Assembly (NCBI GenBank): GCA_951406725.2
Contig: OX597823.1
Coordinates: 76,880,001 to 76,944,000 of the forward strand
Direction: 5' to 3'
Origin: Octopus vulgaris
Taxonomy: Eukaryota
Length of the DNA stretch: 64,000 bases
The notes under the pieces were generated by a model, which saw only the letters and a list, made by a program, of their open reading frames with translations, was not told where the DNA came from and searched no databases. Positions 53,446 to 64,000 of the stretch are shown here, piece after piece; positions within the stretch are counted from its first letter, which is position 1, and each line of letters begins with the position of its first letter. The position numbers and the translations under genes were made by a program.

Positions 53446-53517
<72 letters not shown>

Positions 53518-53605
53518 CTTTTTATACTTATTTTCCTGGTCAAAATTAAGATAAAAAAGTTCTTAATCTAAAATATACTCCTTCATTTTCTACAAATCCG
53601 TGTAG

Positions 53606-54930
53606 GATTTGATTGAGGACCAACTAAAGGACACAATCTTCTATTGTGAAATACCTTCAAATATAGACCACCACATTATGAAGAAGATCAACAACCTGAT
53701 TTCAAAACACCACAACTTACCGATAATGAAAGAGACTACATCACCAAATTCGAGCCAAAACCCAGCAACTTCTACGGCTTACCGAAAATACATAAATCAA
53801 AAGATATTCAGTATGCAGTAAAAGAACAAGAAAGTGAGCACATAAAATTACCACATCCTGAAAACATAAATCATAGACCTATTGTAGCTGTTCCAGCATG
53901 CCTTACCCACCGTCTAAACAATTTCATTGACATTTTTTTGAAACCAGTATTTACCTAGATACCTAGTTTCATCCGAAAGACATCGACTTACTGGCCCATC
54001 TTCCCAAAACAACTGAAACAAATTCATTTCCACTTAGTCTTGAGGTTGTAATCCTTTATATCAATACTCCACACGATTTAGGAATAAAGGCGATTATATA
54101 CTGGCTTGAGGAACATAGAGAAGTGATCCCCAACAGATTCACAGTGCCATTTGTATTAGACACAGTCAGATTTATTTTGGAACACAAGATATTTTTCTTC
54201 AATGGAAATAATTACATCCAAATTAAAGGCACAGCGATGGGAACGAAGTTTGCTCCCGTTTACACGAATTCTGTAATGGTATATTTAGAACAACTCTACC
54301 AAGAATTAGAGGAAAGCTAAAACACTAAATTTAGATAGTATATTAAAAAGGCATGGAAGAGATACCTTGATGAGTGCTTCATAATTTGGACAAAATCTCT
54401 AAATACTCTTGAAGAGTTCGATATCTTCCTGAGCAACCTACACCCACATCTTCAACTTACAAAGGAGAAGAGTAGTACCAAATGACCATTCTTAGATGTA
54501 ATGTTGATTAAAAAAGACACCACCATTACCGCAGATATACATTATAAACACACGGACACACATCACTACCAGAATTTTAATTCGTGCCATCCACCACATA
54601 CAAATGCAACATCCCATACTGCCTAGCCAATTTGTAGCACTGTAGAAGATGCAAATATTAGGAACAAGCGCCTAACAGAGCTAAGAGAAATTTTGCTCAA
54701 ACAAAAATACTCATCTCTACTTATAGAGAACGGCATACAGCGGACTATGAAAATACTTATACAACTGAAGACAATTCAAAGAAGAGGAAACAAGAATAAG
54801 TCAAACCATTTATAATGACACACAACCAATGTCACCAGAATATCTTCAACATTGCCAAAGCAAATCTACCAATCATTGCTCCAATTAATCAATTAAATGA
54901 TATAATCATGGATCGAATTTTGGTTCTTAG
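53606..54930 (+). mobile_element. Decayed Penelope-like reverse transcriptase (second lineage)
   Basis: NFYGLPKIHKS, HRPIVA, YIQIKGTAMGTKFAP, WKRYLDECFIIW, PFLDV and YKHTDTHHYQNFNSCHP..NIPY; stops and frameshifts. No GIY-YIG domain recognised. Confidence 0.9.
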
Positions 54931-54999
54931 TAAAACGTGAAAATCAAAATTGGAATTCCTTTGTTTAATATATTCTTCTATACACAAGCATACACACCC

Positions 55000-55074
<75 letters not shown>

Positions 55075-55403
55075 GGAGATCCCCTTCGGTCATTAATGTC
55101 CATGGGATTGCTCCTAGAAAGTTACTCTCCTAGGTACAAGTCCGGCAAGGTTGTTTATGGAAGACCATCAGTCGCCCATGCATACCACCCTCCCCTCTCC
55201 ATGCCACCGATGCTATCCAAAGGAAAGGCGACGGCCGATACACCTCGACACCAGCGATGTCGCAACTCATTTCTACAGCTGAGGGAACTGGAGCAACGTG
55301 AAAAAATGTGTCTTGCTCAAGAACACAACACGCAGCCCGGTCCGGGATTCGAACTCACAACCTCACGGTTGTAAGATCGACGCTCTAACCACTGAGCCAT
55401 GCG

Positions 55404-55410
<7 letters not shown>
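55075..55410 (-). mobile_element. CORE-like SINE family E
   Basis: A box TGGCTCAGTGG, B box GAGTTCGAATCCC, then TTGTGTTCTTGAGCAAGACAC...CTCAGCTGTAGAAATGAG. Homologous to 60025-60326. Confidence 0.88.
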
Positions 55411-55459
<49 letters not shown>

Positions 55460-55974
55460 AAACCATGAACGTACCAATGCATGAAGAATTGATGAAAGAT
55501 TTCATAGAACATTCAAGAGATAAACACCAAATGGGAATCTAATGAATAGTCTATTGGTAGATGTCCCTGATCTTTTAGAAGGAAGTGAGTTTCTTCCTAG
55601 TCACTTCTGCACACGAACTGCTCACCGGCTTGTTCGTGATGAAACAATTTCTGTAGCAGGAAGGCAAATTTACATTATACTCAAATCCAACACCAACTGG
55701 TGGATCCTCACCCTGTTTGTATAAGATTACTCTAAATGCCTTGCATATATTTTCTAAGATTATATCTTTTATCAATTAATGTATGTTTTTAAGTAATTAT
55801 TCCTTTATTGGCTTATATTGTGTCTTTATGTATTATGTATTACCTATATTGCATCCGACGTTTTTATAAAACATTTTGGCACACCTCTACTCTTCGTAAC
55901 TCCTATGTGTATCATTTTTATTCTACGTAAGTAAAAAGTCTCTGGTGGCAATAATAAAAGGAAAGAAAATCATT

Positions 55975-56069
<95 letters not shown>

Positions 56070-56075
56070 GTAGAG

Positions 56076-56098
56076 TTAGGGTTAGGGTTAGGGTTAGG
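56076..56098 (+). repeat. Short interstitial (TTAGGG)n
   Basis: TTAGGG x3 plus TTAGG. Confidence 0.8.
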
Positions 56099-56342
56099 TG
56101 TGTATAGCTAAATGGTTAGGGTTTTGCAATTATGATCGTAAATTTGTGCTTTCAGTTCATGGACAGAGTGATGTTTTGTGCTCTTGAGCAAAACACTTAA
56201 CTTTACGTTACTCCAGTCTATTCCTCTGGTAAATGTGAGTAATCCTGTGACTGACCAGCGTTCCGTTCTGAGAGGAATAAAATAACGCCACAGTATATGG
56301 GAAACCAACCTTATGAGCCTGAAGGCTCAGAAAGAACCTTTG
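56097..56342 (+). mobile_element. Old family E SINE with tail type 3
   Basis: TTTGTGCTCTTGAGCAAAACAC...ATCCTGTGACTGACCAGCG...GGAAACCAACCTTATGAGCC. Confidence 0.7.
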
Positions 56343-56917
56343 ATACTTTTTACTACTACTACTACTACTGCTGCTGCTGCTACTGCTACTACTATTACTT
56401 TCGTGTCTGCATTAATCGTACACAACGTCGATTCGTAACTTTAGCCCTGATTTATTTTTTCAAAGTTTTCCGATGGAATTCTAAAAAATTTAAGTTTGTT
56501 AATAACATTTTGTAACAATCTAAGAAAAACAAAATCAAGCAAAAAAAGAGACGGATTTTAATTAGAAAAGACAGTTATTTTCCACCGTCGTCTATTGTTC
56601 TCCGGCAATCTCCTCGTATAAAAATATCAGTAATTGTATTGGCATTTAAAGAAAGAAGGCCAGTAGGAGACAGAGCCAGAACGGACATGGTCGACGTTGA
56701 TCCGAGGATGTCGCTTCTTCTTAAAAATTTTACTAATCAAAGTGAAAATATGATTCGAATGAAAATTTTACAGAGAAATTTTGCTACAACGTCATCCTTA
56801 CCAACTACAATGCTGGCATAACAATGACACGCTCAACTACAACCAAACTTTACTAAGAGCAACATACCAGGTTTCTGATACGTTCAAATTTCAGATCTTT
56901 AAGACTTGTGACTATTT

Positions 56918-57265
56918 TATTATTACCTCCGCCATGGCAAAGGCAGAGGTACTGTTTCCAGTCGAGTTTGTTTGTCCGTGGACATGATATCTCAAGAACC
57001 AATGGATGGATTCGGATGAAACTTTCAGGGATGTTTGTCCTTGAGACTGGTCCGAATTGATTAGATTTTTGGGATAGATCTGGTACCGGATAAGGATTCT
57101 GGATTATTTTTCCTTTCTTTGAGAGCGGTCAGATTCATTTTTAGTACCGTGAGAGTAGTCGAGATTATTTAAGATATTTTCATTTTAAAAATCGTTTCTG
57201 GCTATTCGTTGAGAGAACATTGGTGTTGCCTTGGTGGAGGTTTGCACTCTCTGAGTGCTCTTGTT
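56918..57265 (+). mobile_element. Helentron-associated non-autonomous element (HINE/DINE-1 architecture)
   Basis: SubTIRs ACCTCCGCCATGGCAA / TTGCCTTGGTGGAGGT, GTTT microsatellite remnant, 3' hairpin GCACTC(TCT)GAGTGC and T-rich ends. Confidence 0.78.
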
Positions 57266-57282
57266 AACAATAATTTCTTGAG

Positions 57283-57737
57283 AAGACGATGAGTTGACAG
57301 AATCGTCAGTACGCCGGACAAAATGTTTAGCTGCATTTCGTCCGTCCTTATGTTCTGAGTTCAAATTCCACCGAGGTCGACTTTATCTTTCATCCTTTCA
57401 TGGTCAATAAAATAAGTACCAGTTGAACACTGGGGTAGGCGTAATCGACGTACTCCTACCCCTGAACTGTCTGGCCTTGTGCCAAATTTTGAAACCATGA
57501 TTAATTTCTTGAGAAAGCCGAGCGCTGGCAGGATCGTTAGCACGCCTGGCAAAATGCTTAGCGGCATTTCGTCCGTCTTTATGTTCTGAGTTCAAATTCC
57601 GACGAGGAGGACTATACACCTTTCATCCTTTCGGAGTAGATACAATATGTACCAGTTAAGCGCTGGGGTCGATATAATCAGCTTACCCCCTCTCCAATAA
57701 TAGCAGGCTTTTGTACCTATAACAGAAAAGATTATTA
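57283..57737 (+). mobile_element. Two head-to-tail full family C (C2 tail) copies
   Basis: Each unit has its own head; TTTCTTGAGAA occurs before, between and after them. Confidence 0.85.
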
Positions 57738-58034
57738 CTTTCTTGAGAAGCTAAGCATGATTTTTGTCATCAGCATGCAAAACCACATTTGTGTTGAAAA
57801 TTTAATGAAAAGATGTGATGCGAGGATAGATTTTAAAAAGACCCCCATGTGCCAGCAGCAATCAGAAAAAATAGTGAGTGAAAAGCAAAGGGATAAAAAC
57901 AATAGTATCATTAATATTTCACACGAATGAACGAGGGATACGTATATTATTTCCTAACATACTGAATAAAACAGTCAAACTTCGTTACAAATGCACCCAA
58001 CCGTGCAAAGCAGCAGCAGCAGCAGTAGCAGTAA

Positions 58035-58093
<59 letters not shown>

Positions 58094-58663
58094 AGAGATC
58101 ATATTTGATAATGTCGACATAGTTATGTAACTAACACATAGGTTGGCCGTAGCTGGAACTCCTTTCGTCAAACGTCAGGTCGACCAGAGCTGATCTGGAC
58201 TAAACAAGGAAGAACATACTGAATAGTGTAGTTTAGCTATATGTCTGGGAAAATAAAAGGCGCTATATTCTTAGCTAGAATACTTTTCATCGTAGTATCA
58301 ACGATTTGGAATAAACCAACTTCAGATTAGTTAAAATACGTTTGTGATATATTTTAACTTGTAAAACTTGTAAAAAAAATTCACTGCAATTACTCCGAAG
58401 AAAAAAATGTTCTCTTATGGTTAAAGATGTAAAAACACCATATCTGCAGGGTGATCTCCTCTAGCGAATTTCCAGAGACGTGTTTCTGGCTATTTAGCTT
58501 CCTCAATAAGAAATGCCGAAGAGCGACATCCCTGAAAACAAGGTGAAACATTGGCTATACCAAATGGAAATGAAACATTGGTTGATATGTTAGTTGGTAC
58601 AATATGTTTGGAGAAATTACCAAATAGCCATATATGGAACACTTTTGATTATATGATTCATCA

Positions 58664-59185
58664 CCTTAAACCCTCGAGTATAGTCCGCCCTTGAGTATAA
58701 TACGCAGGGGATTTTTAGGGGGCTGTACCTCTGAAAAACCTAAACCGTGTGTATAATACGCACCCCTTCTCTAACTTGAGTCGTGCGTAATTAAGCCAGC
58801 AGCACCTAGTCGAACAAGCACTTCCGCGCATGCGTAATACATTAACGGTGATCTTCTTAACTGTTATATGAGAATTTAGATATGTTTGCAAATTGGTTTT
58901 GTTACATGTTATTCTGTGTTCTGAATATTTTTATTTTAATAAATGTTGCTTACTGCAAGTTACGGATGATTCTTTTATGATTTCATTGCTTTCAAGCTTA
59001 GCTTAAGGTATTTTCGCGCCCGACATCACAAAATGTGTCTGAATAAACATTGCTGGACAGCAAATAGAGACTCGGACATTGCTTAGAAAATATTTTTCAT
59101 TTTTAACCTCGTATATAGTACGAACTAGGGATTTGACCTCTAAATTTCAGGAAAAAATGTGCGGATTATACTCGAAGATTTACGG
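58664..59185. mobile_element. pogo/Tc2-type MITE
   Basis: CCTTAAACCCTCGAGTATAGTCCGC ... GCGGATTATACTCGAAGATTTACGG|TA, with internal GAGTATAATACGCA repeats. Confidence 0.8.
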
Positions 59186-59717
59186 TAATCAGATCTCATT
59201 TGAGCTAAACAAAGTGACTCAACACTAACGATACCAAGAACAAAACTAAAAAAAAACACTAAAAACAACGAAACAATCCCACAAAGACGATGCAATTCGT
59301 AAGTTCAGGAATACAGAGATATACCTGATGTGACAACAAAATTTCAGTCGAAACTACTTAAAATATAAAAATATTTAAGCTTGGTTATTTTTATAATAAT
59401 TTCCATGCATTTGTGAGACAGGTTTTATGCAGTTTGAGATCGTTTTCACGCAATTTTTTACATTGAGAAATGGGAAATATTCTAAAAATGGCCAAGCTGC
59501 AGATGAGCTATGATGATGGTGATATCGGTGATGAAGCTGACGAAAGCAATGATCCTGAAAGTGATGATGACATTGAGGAAACTATAAATAACGACGACAG
59601 CTATAGAATCATGAATATAGCATCAACTTTTTATAAGGTTGCATTCAGCTCTATCATTTATGCAATGATTACACTAGCCTACACGCTGTGATATGTGATG
59701 TGTGTGTGTGTGTGTGT

Positions 59718-59808
<91 letters not shown>

Positions 59809-59936
59809 GTGGGTGTGAGAAGATAGAATGAATGGCGTTGAGAGGGAACCGAGGGTGTGTACAGGAAGTGAATGGCACATAAATAATTTTCATAATCACA
59901 AAAAAAACAGTCATACATCCGTACATATACATGCAG

Positions 59937-59974
<38 letters not shown>

Positions 59975-60024
59975 TCACATACATATATACACATGTACGT
60001 ATATGTGTGCGTGTGTGTGTGTGT

Positions 60025-60326
60025 GTCGGGCTTGCAATCCTGAGGTTGTGAGTCCGATTCCCGGACATGGCTGTGTCTTGTGTTCTTGAGCAAGCCACGT
60101 TACTCCTGTTCACTCAGCTGTAAAAATGAGTTGTGACGTCACTGGTGCCAAGCAGTATCGGCATTTTCCTTTCCTTAGGACAACATTGGTGGGGTGGAGA
60201 GGGGGAGACTAGTATGCATGGCCAACTGCTGGTCTTCCACAACCAACCTTGCACGGACTTATGCCTCGAAAAGGAACATTCTAGATGCCTTTCCATGGTC
60301 CTTTGTGACCAAAGGAGATCTTTACC
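60025..60326 (+). mobile_element. Family E SINE
   Basis: Homologous to 55075-55410. Confidence 0.82.
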
Positions 60327-60509
60327 CTGACTCTTAAACACACACACACACATGGTTGTAGCTGAGGCGGTCAAGTATCACGGTGATAGTAAACACACAC
60401 ACACACACACATAAACGCACACACACACATATGCTATACATATACACATACTATGGCACGACTGAAACAGAACAACTACTGCTTCTGTTTATCAAATTCT
60501 TCAAAAGTT

Positions 60510-60657
60510 TCTGTGGTAAGTAGCTTACTTACCAACCACATAGTTCCGGGTTCAGTCCCACTGCGTGGTACCTTGGGTAAGTTTCTTCTACTATAGACTC
60601 GGGTCAAACAAAGCCTTGTGAGTGGATTTGGTAGAAGGAAACTGAAAGAAGCCCGTC

Positions 60658-60692
<35 letters not shown>

Positions 60693-60710
60693 TGTGTGTG
60701 TGTGTGTGTA
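60510..60710 (+). mobile_element. SINE family A, 5' half only
   Basis: Ends in the internal microsatellite. Confidence 0.88.
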
Positions 60711-61382
60711 ATAAATGCCAAAACGAATTTCTGTGTATCAGTGTGTCACACTTTCACTTCCTCTCTCACTATTCAGTGACACTTCTTCTACTCCTCTGGC
60801 TGGGGTGAGAGTAAAAATAGGAATAGAGACGGAGGCGCGGTGATGATGGTTGTGGTGGTGGTGGTGGTGGTGGTGGTGGTGGTTGTAGCTGAGGCGGTCA
60901 AGTATCACGGTGATAGTAAGAAACGTGAAAGACAGTGATGGTGGTGGTGGAGGGGAAGGCGGCGAAGTCAAAGGTGTTGATGCTGGTGGCGTCAGAAGTC
61001 TGAATGGTGTGTGTATGGCAGTTGTGTTAGTGATGGTTGTTGTACTGGTGATGGTGATGGTTGAAAACAATTAACACAGAGAGGAAGAGAGAGAGAGAGA
61101 GAAAGCGAGAGAGAGAGAAGGAAAGAGGCTAGACAGAAAAGAAATTGTACTGACCCCCGAATGGGACAAAAATGTATATCATGAAGTTTTGCAATAAGTT
61201 CCAAGTCGACATATTATATCACTGTTTTGAGGAAAATTGTTCATTGCTTGAAAAGCATTGGTCAAGTTTAATAAAATTTAATATGTACTCAATGAATGAA
61301 GTGTCATTGATGGGCTCAAGGCCCAATGAAGAGCCCTCCACAGGAGGTATATTTAAAGCCGCCTCATCAGGTGGCTTTTAAG

Positions 61383-61416
<34 letters not shown>

Positions 61417-61538
61417 TGTGTGTCTCTGTTTGTCCTCATCATCGATTGACAACCGATGTTGGTGTGTTTACGTCCTCGTGACATTGGCGGTTCGGCCTAA
61501 GAGACCGATAGAATAAGTACTAGTTTTACAAAGAATAA

Positions 61539-61762
61539 TACAGTTCTATATTTAAGAGATGAGGAATTATGTACATTATTTACATTTGACGGATATTTGT
61601 CCTCATCTTGTTTATTGTTCACACATCATTTCGGCTGATATACCTTCCAGCCTTCATCAGGTATCTTGAGGAAATTTCGAATCTGAGCATATGGCGTAGT
61701 GGTTAAGAGCACGGGCTACTAACCCCAAGATTCTGAGTTCGATTCCAGACAGTGACCTGAAA

Positions 61763-61860
<98 letters not shown>

Positions 61861-62002
61861 CAACATCGAAAGATATCTTAGGAATGAGAACCCAGGTTCA
61901 AAATTTCCCCAAGACTCCTGATGAAGGCTGGAGAGTATATCAGCCGAAACGTTGTGTTAACAACAAACAAGATGAGGAGAAATATCCGTCAAATGTAAAT
62001 AA
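61539..62002 (+). mobile_element. Family D insertion with inverted 3' copy (Penelope-style)
   Basis: 61539-61685 is the reverse complement of the D 3' end including the terminal tail. 61686-62002 is forward D (A box TGGCGTAGTGG 61692-61702, B box GAGTTCGATTCC 61735-61746) lacking the last ~35 nt. 14-bp TSD. Confidence 0.9.
61913..61958 (+). ncRNA. Minimal hammerhead motif in family D
   Basis: GACTC-CTGATGA-A-GGCTGG(AGAGTATA)TCAGCC-GAAACGTT-GTGTT. A mutated antisense copy lies at about 61620-61665. Confidence 0.7.
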
Positions 62003-62779
62003 TTTACAAAGAATAAGTCCTAGGGTCGATTTGTTCGACTAAAGTAAGTGCTCCATCATGGCCGCTGTCAAATGACTGAAACAAATAAAAAAATTATTAT
62101 TTTATGCCAAAAAATATACAAACTAGATTCTGATTCGTTAGTATTTATACTTTACATTATTACATGACCTTGGAAGTCTCCTTTGAACCCGTTTATTTAA
62201 TTCGATCAACTTCCCAGTATTTTTAACTGTGTGATCAGTATTCTGCGATGCGTCGGTGGTCACCGGCATCTGGGGAATCAGAAGCTTTGGCGCCATTAAT
62301 CTCCTCTCCATTGTTGGCTAATCCCATGATATTTCATATTATTTTAAGTCAGAAGTCACAGTCCCAGGTATATGTAAAATTTCATACATTATTGCATTTA
62401 CTGAAACGTGAAATTAATGATTATTGAATACAATGATATATATTATAGTGAATGAAATATTTCGCATTTATACACACGAGAAATGAACGTACATTAAGGC
62501 AACTCGTTTATTGATAAGCAAAAGTAAAGGATGAACAACGACTTTTGACTCCAATCAAATTATTATTGCATATCCTTGACAGACACTTATAGCATCGCTT
62601 ATGGCATATGCAAATATGTAATTGCTTTATGAAATTCTGGTACAACACAAACATTTCATAAGATGCCTGCATAGAATTTATACCAAGTCTTAAGTTTCTG
62701 GGTATTCTATATTGCAAAGGTATATTTAAGTTATTCGCTTGTTTTATTACAAGGCTGCTATATTCTAGGTTTTTAGCCC

Positions 62780-63141
62780 AACAATCGACCCAAAGACATT
62801 TTTTTTTAAACCTGGTACTTATTCTGTCGATCTATTTTGCCGAACCGCTAAGTTACGGGGACGTAAACACACTAGCATCGGTTATCAAGCGATGCTGGGG
62901 GAACAAACACAGAAACACAAGCATACACACACACACACACACACACACATACAAATATATATATATATATATATATATACATACGACGGGCTTCTTTCAG
63001 TTTCCGTCTACCAAATCCACTCACAAGGCTTTGGTTGGCTCGAGGCTATAGTAGAAGACACTTGCCCAAGGTGCCACGCAGTGGGACTGAACCCGGAACC
63101 ACATAGTTCGTAAGCAAGCTACTTACCACACAGCCACTCCT
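62780..63141 (-). mobile_element. SINE family A
   Basis: Matches the other A copies. Confidence 0.9.
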
Positions 63142-63551
63142 ACTTAGCAATAATTATTAATTCAATTATTTATATTAACAGAACTGATCGACCATTTTTG
63201 TGTGCAAGATGTAACAGTAAACAGTGATGCAGATGAATGGTTTTTACAATTCATTGAATTACCTGGGACAAACGCGAATCCCTTCGTCAGGATTCTTCTT
63301 CCATTAATTAAGAACTAATGGTTGTCATTGATTGTGTGGTATGGTCAGGCTTAACATGGAACACGTGCACTATTAAGTGTAATATCTAATCTCCAAATAA
63401 AGCTTAGCTAAGTTGCTACAGATGCACGCAATTTAAATTTGCTTTTAGTTGATACAGTAAGAGCCAATTTTCGCATCAATATTTCACATTATTTTTACAG
63501 AAACCTAGGCAGATATTACATTATTATTATTATCAGTCATAACTCCGCGAG

Positions 63552-63950
63552 GTGGAGGCGCAATGGCCCAGAGGTTAGGGCAGCGGACTCGCGGTCATAG
63601 GATTGCGGTTTCGATTCCCAGACCGGGCGCTGTGAGTGTTTATTGAGTGAAAACACCTAAAGCTCCACGAGGCTCCGGCAGGGGATGGTGGTGATCCCTG
63701 CTGTACTCTTTCACCACAACTTTCTCTCACTCTTACTTCCTGTTTCTGTTGTACCTGTATTTCAAAGGGCCGGCCTTGTCACTCTCTGTGTCACGCTGAA
63801 TATCCCCGAGAACTACGTTAAGGGTACGCGTGTCTGTGGAGTGGTCAGCCACTTACACGTTAATTTCACGAGCAGGCTGTTCCGTTGATTCGGATCAACC
63901 GGAACCCTCGTCGTCGTAACCGACGGAGTGTTAAGAGAGAGAGTGCTTCC
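63552..63950 (+). mobile_element. SINE family B, tail 1, full length with TSD
   Basis: CATAACTCCGCGAGGTGG at 63538-63555 and 63952-63969; the final GTGG overlaps the SINE 5' end. Confidence 0.93.
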
Positions 63951-64000
63951 ACATAACTCCGCGAGGTGGCAAAATCGTAAACACGTCAGGCAGCATCCTA

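Larger units (their letters stand above)
61413..62092 (+). mobile_element. SINE family A 3' half, host of the family D insertion
   Basis: A sequence stops at TTTACAAAGAATAA (61525-61538) and resumes after the same 14-mer (62003-62016). Confidence 0.9.

Overview
AT-rich, microsatellite-dense eukaryotic DNA with no host protein-coding gene I can support. The repeat content (tRNA-derived SINEs, (TA)n/(CA)n/(TAA)n/(GATA)n tracts, TTAGGG) suggests a mollusc, most likely octopus; this is an inference, not a database result. The window is mostly transposon remains: five SINE-like families (labelled A-E here), Tc1/mariner, pogo-type and piggyBac MITEs, a Helitron end, a Helentron-type HINE, RTE and R4/Dong LINE remnants, and two decayed Penelope-like (PLE) reverse transcriptases. 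The strongest signal is family D (41108-41451 and 61539-62002). It has a tRNA-like Pol III head, an (AAT)n linker and a minimal type I hammerhead ribozyme. The 61.5 kb copy shows Penelope-style geometry: an inverted 3' copy with an extra tail, inside a 14-bp target-site duplication (TSD). It is a candidate hammerhead-bearing SINE mobilised by Penelope. Further hammerhead-like motifs and four fold-back palindromes cluster at (TA)n tracts. The SINEs also show tail swapping and a GGTAT-linked tandem/target pattern. Nearly all listed ORFs are microsatellite or SINE artefacts. Coordinates were read by eye and element ends may be off by several bases.
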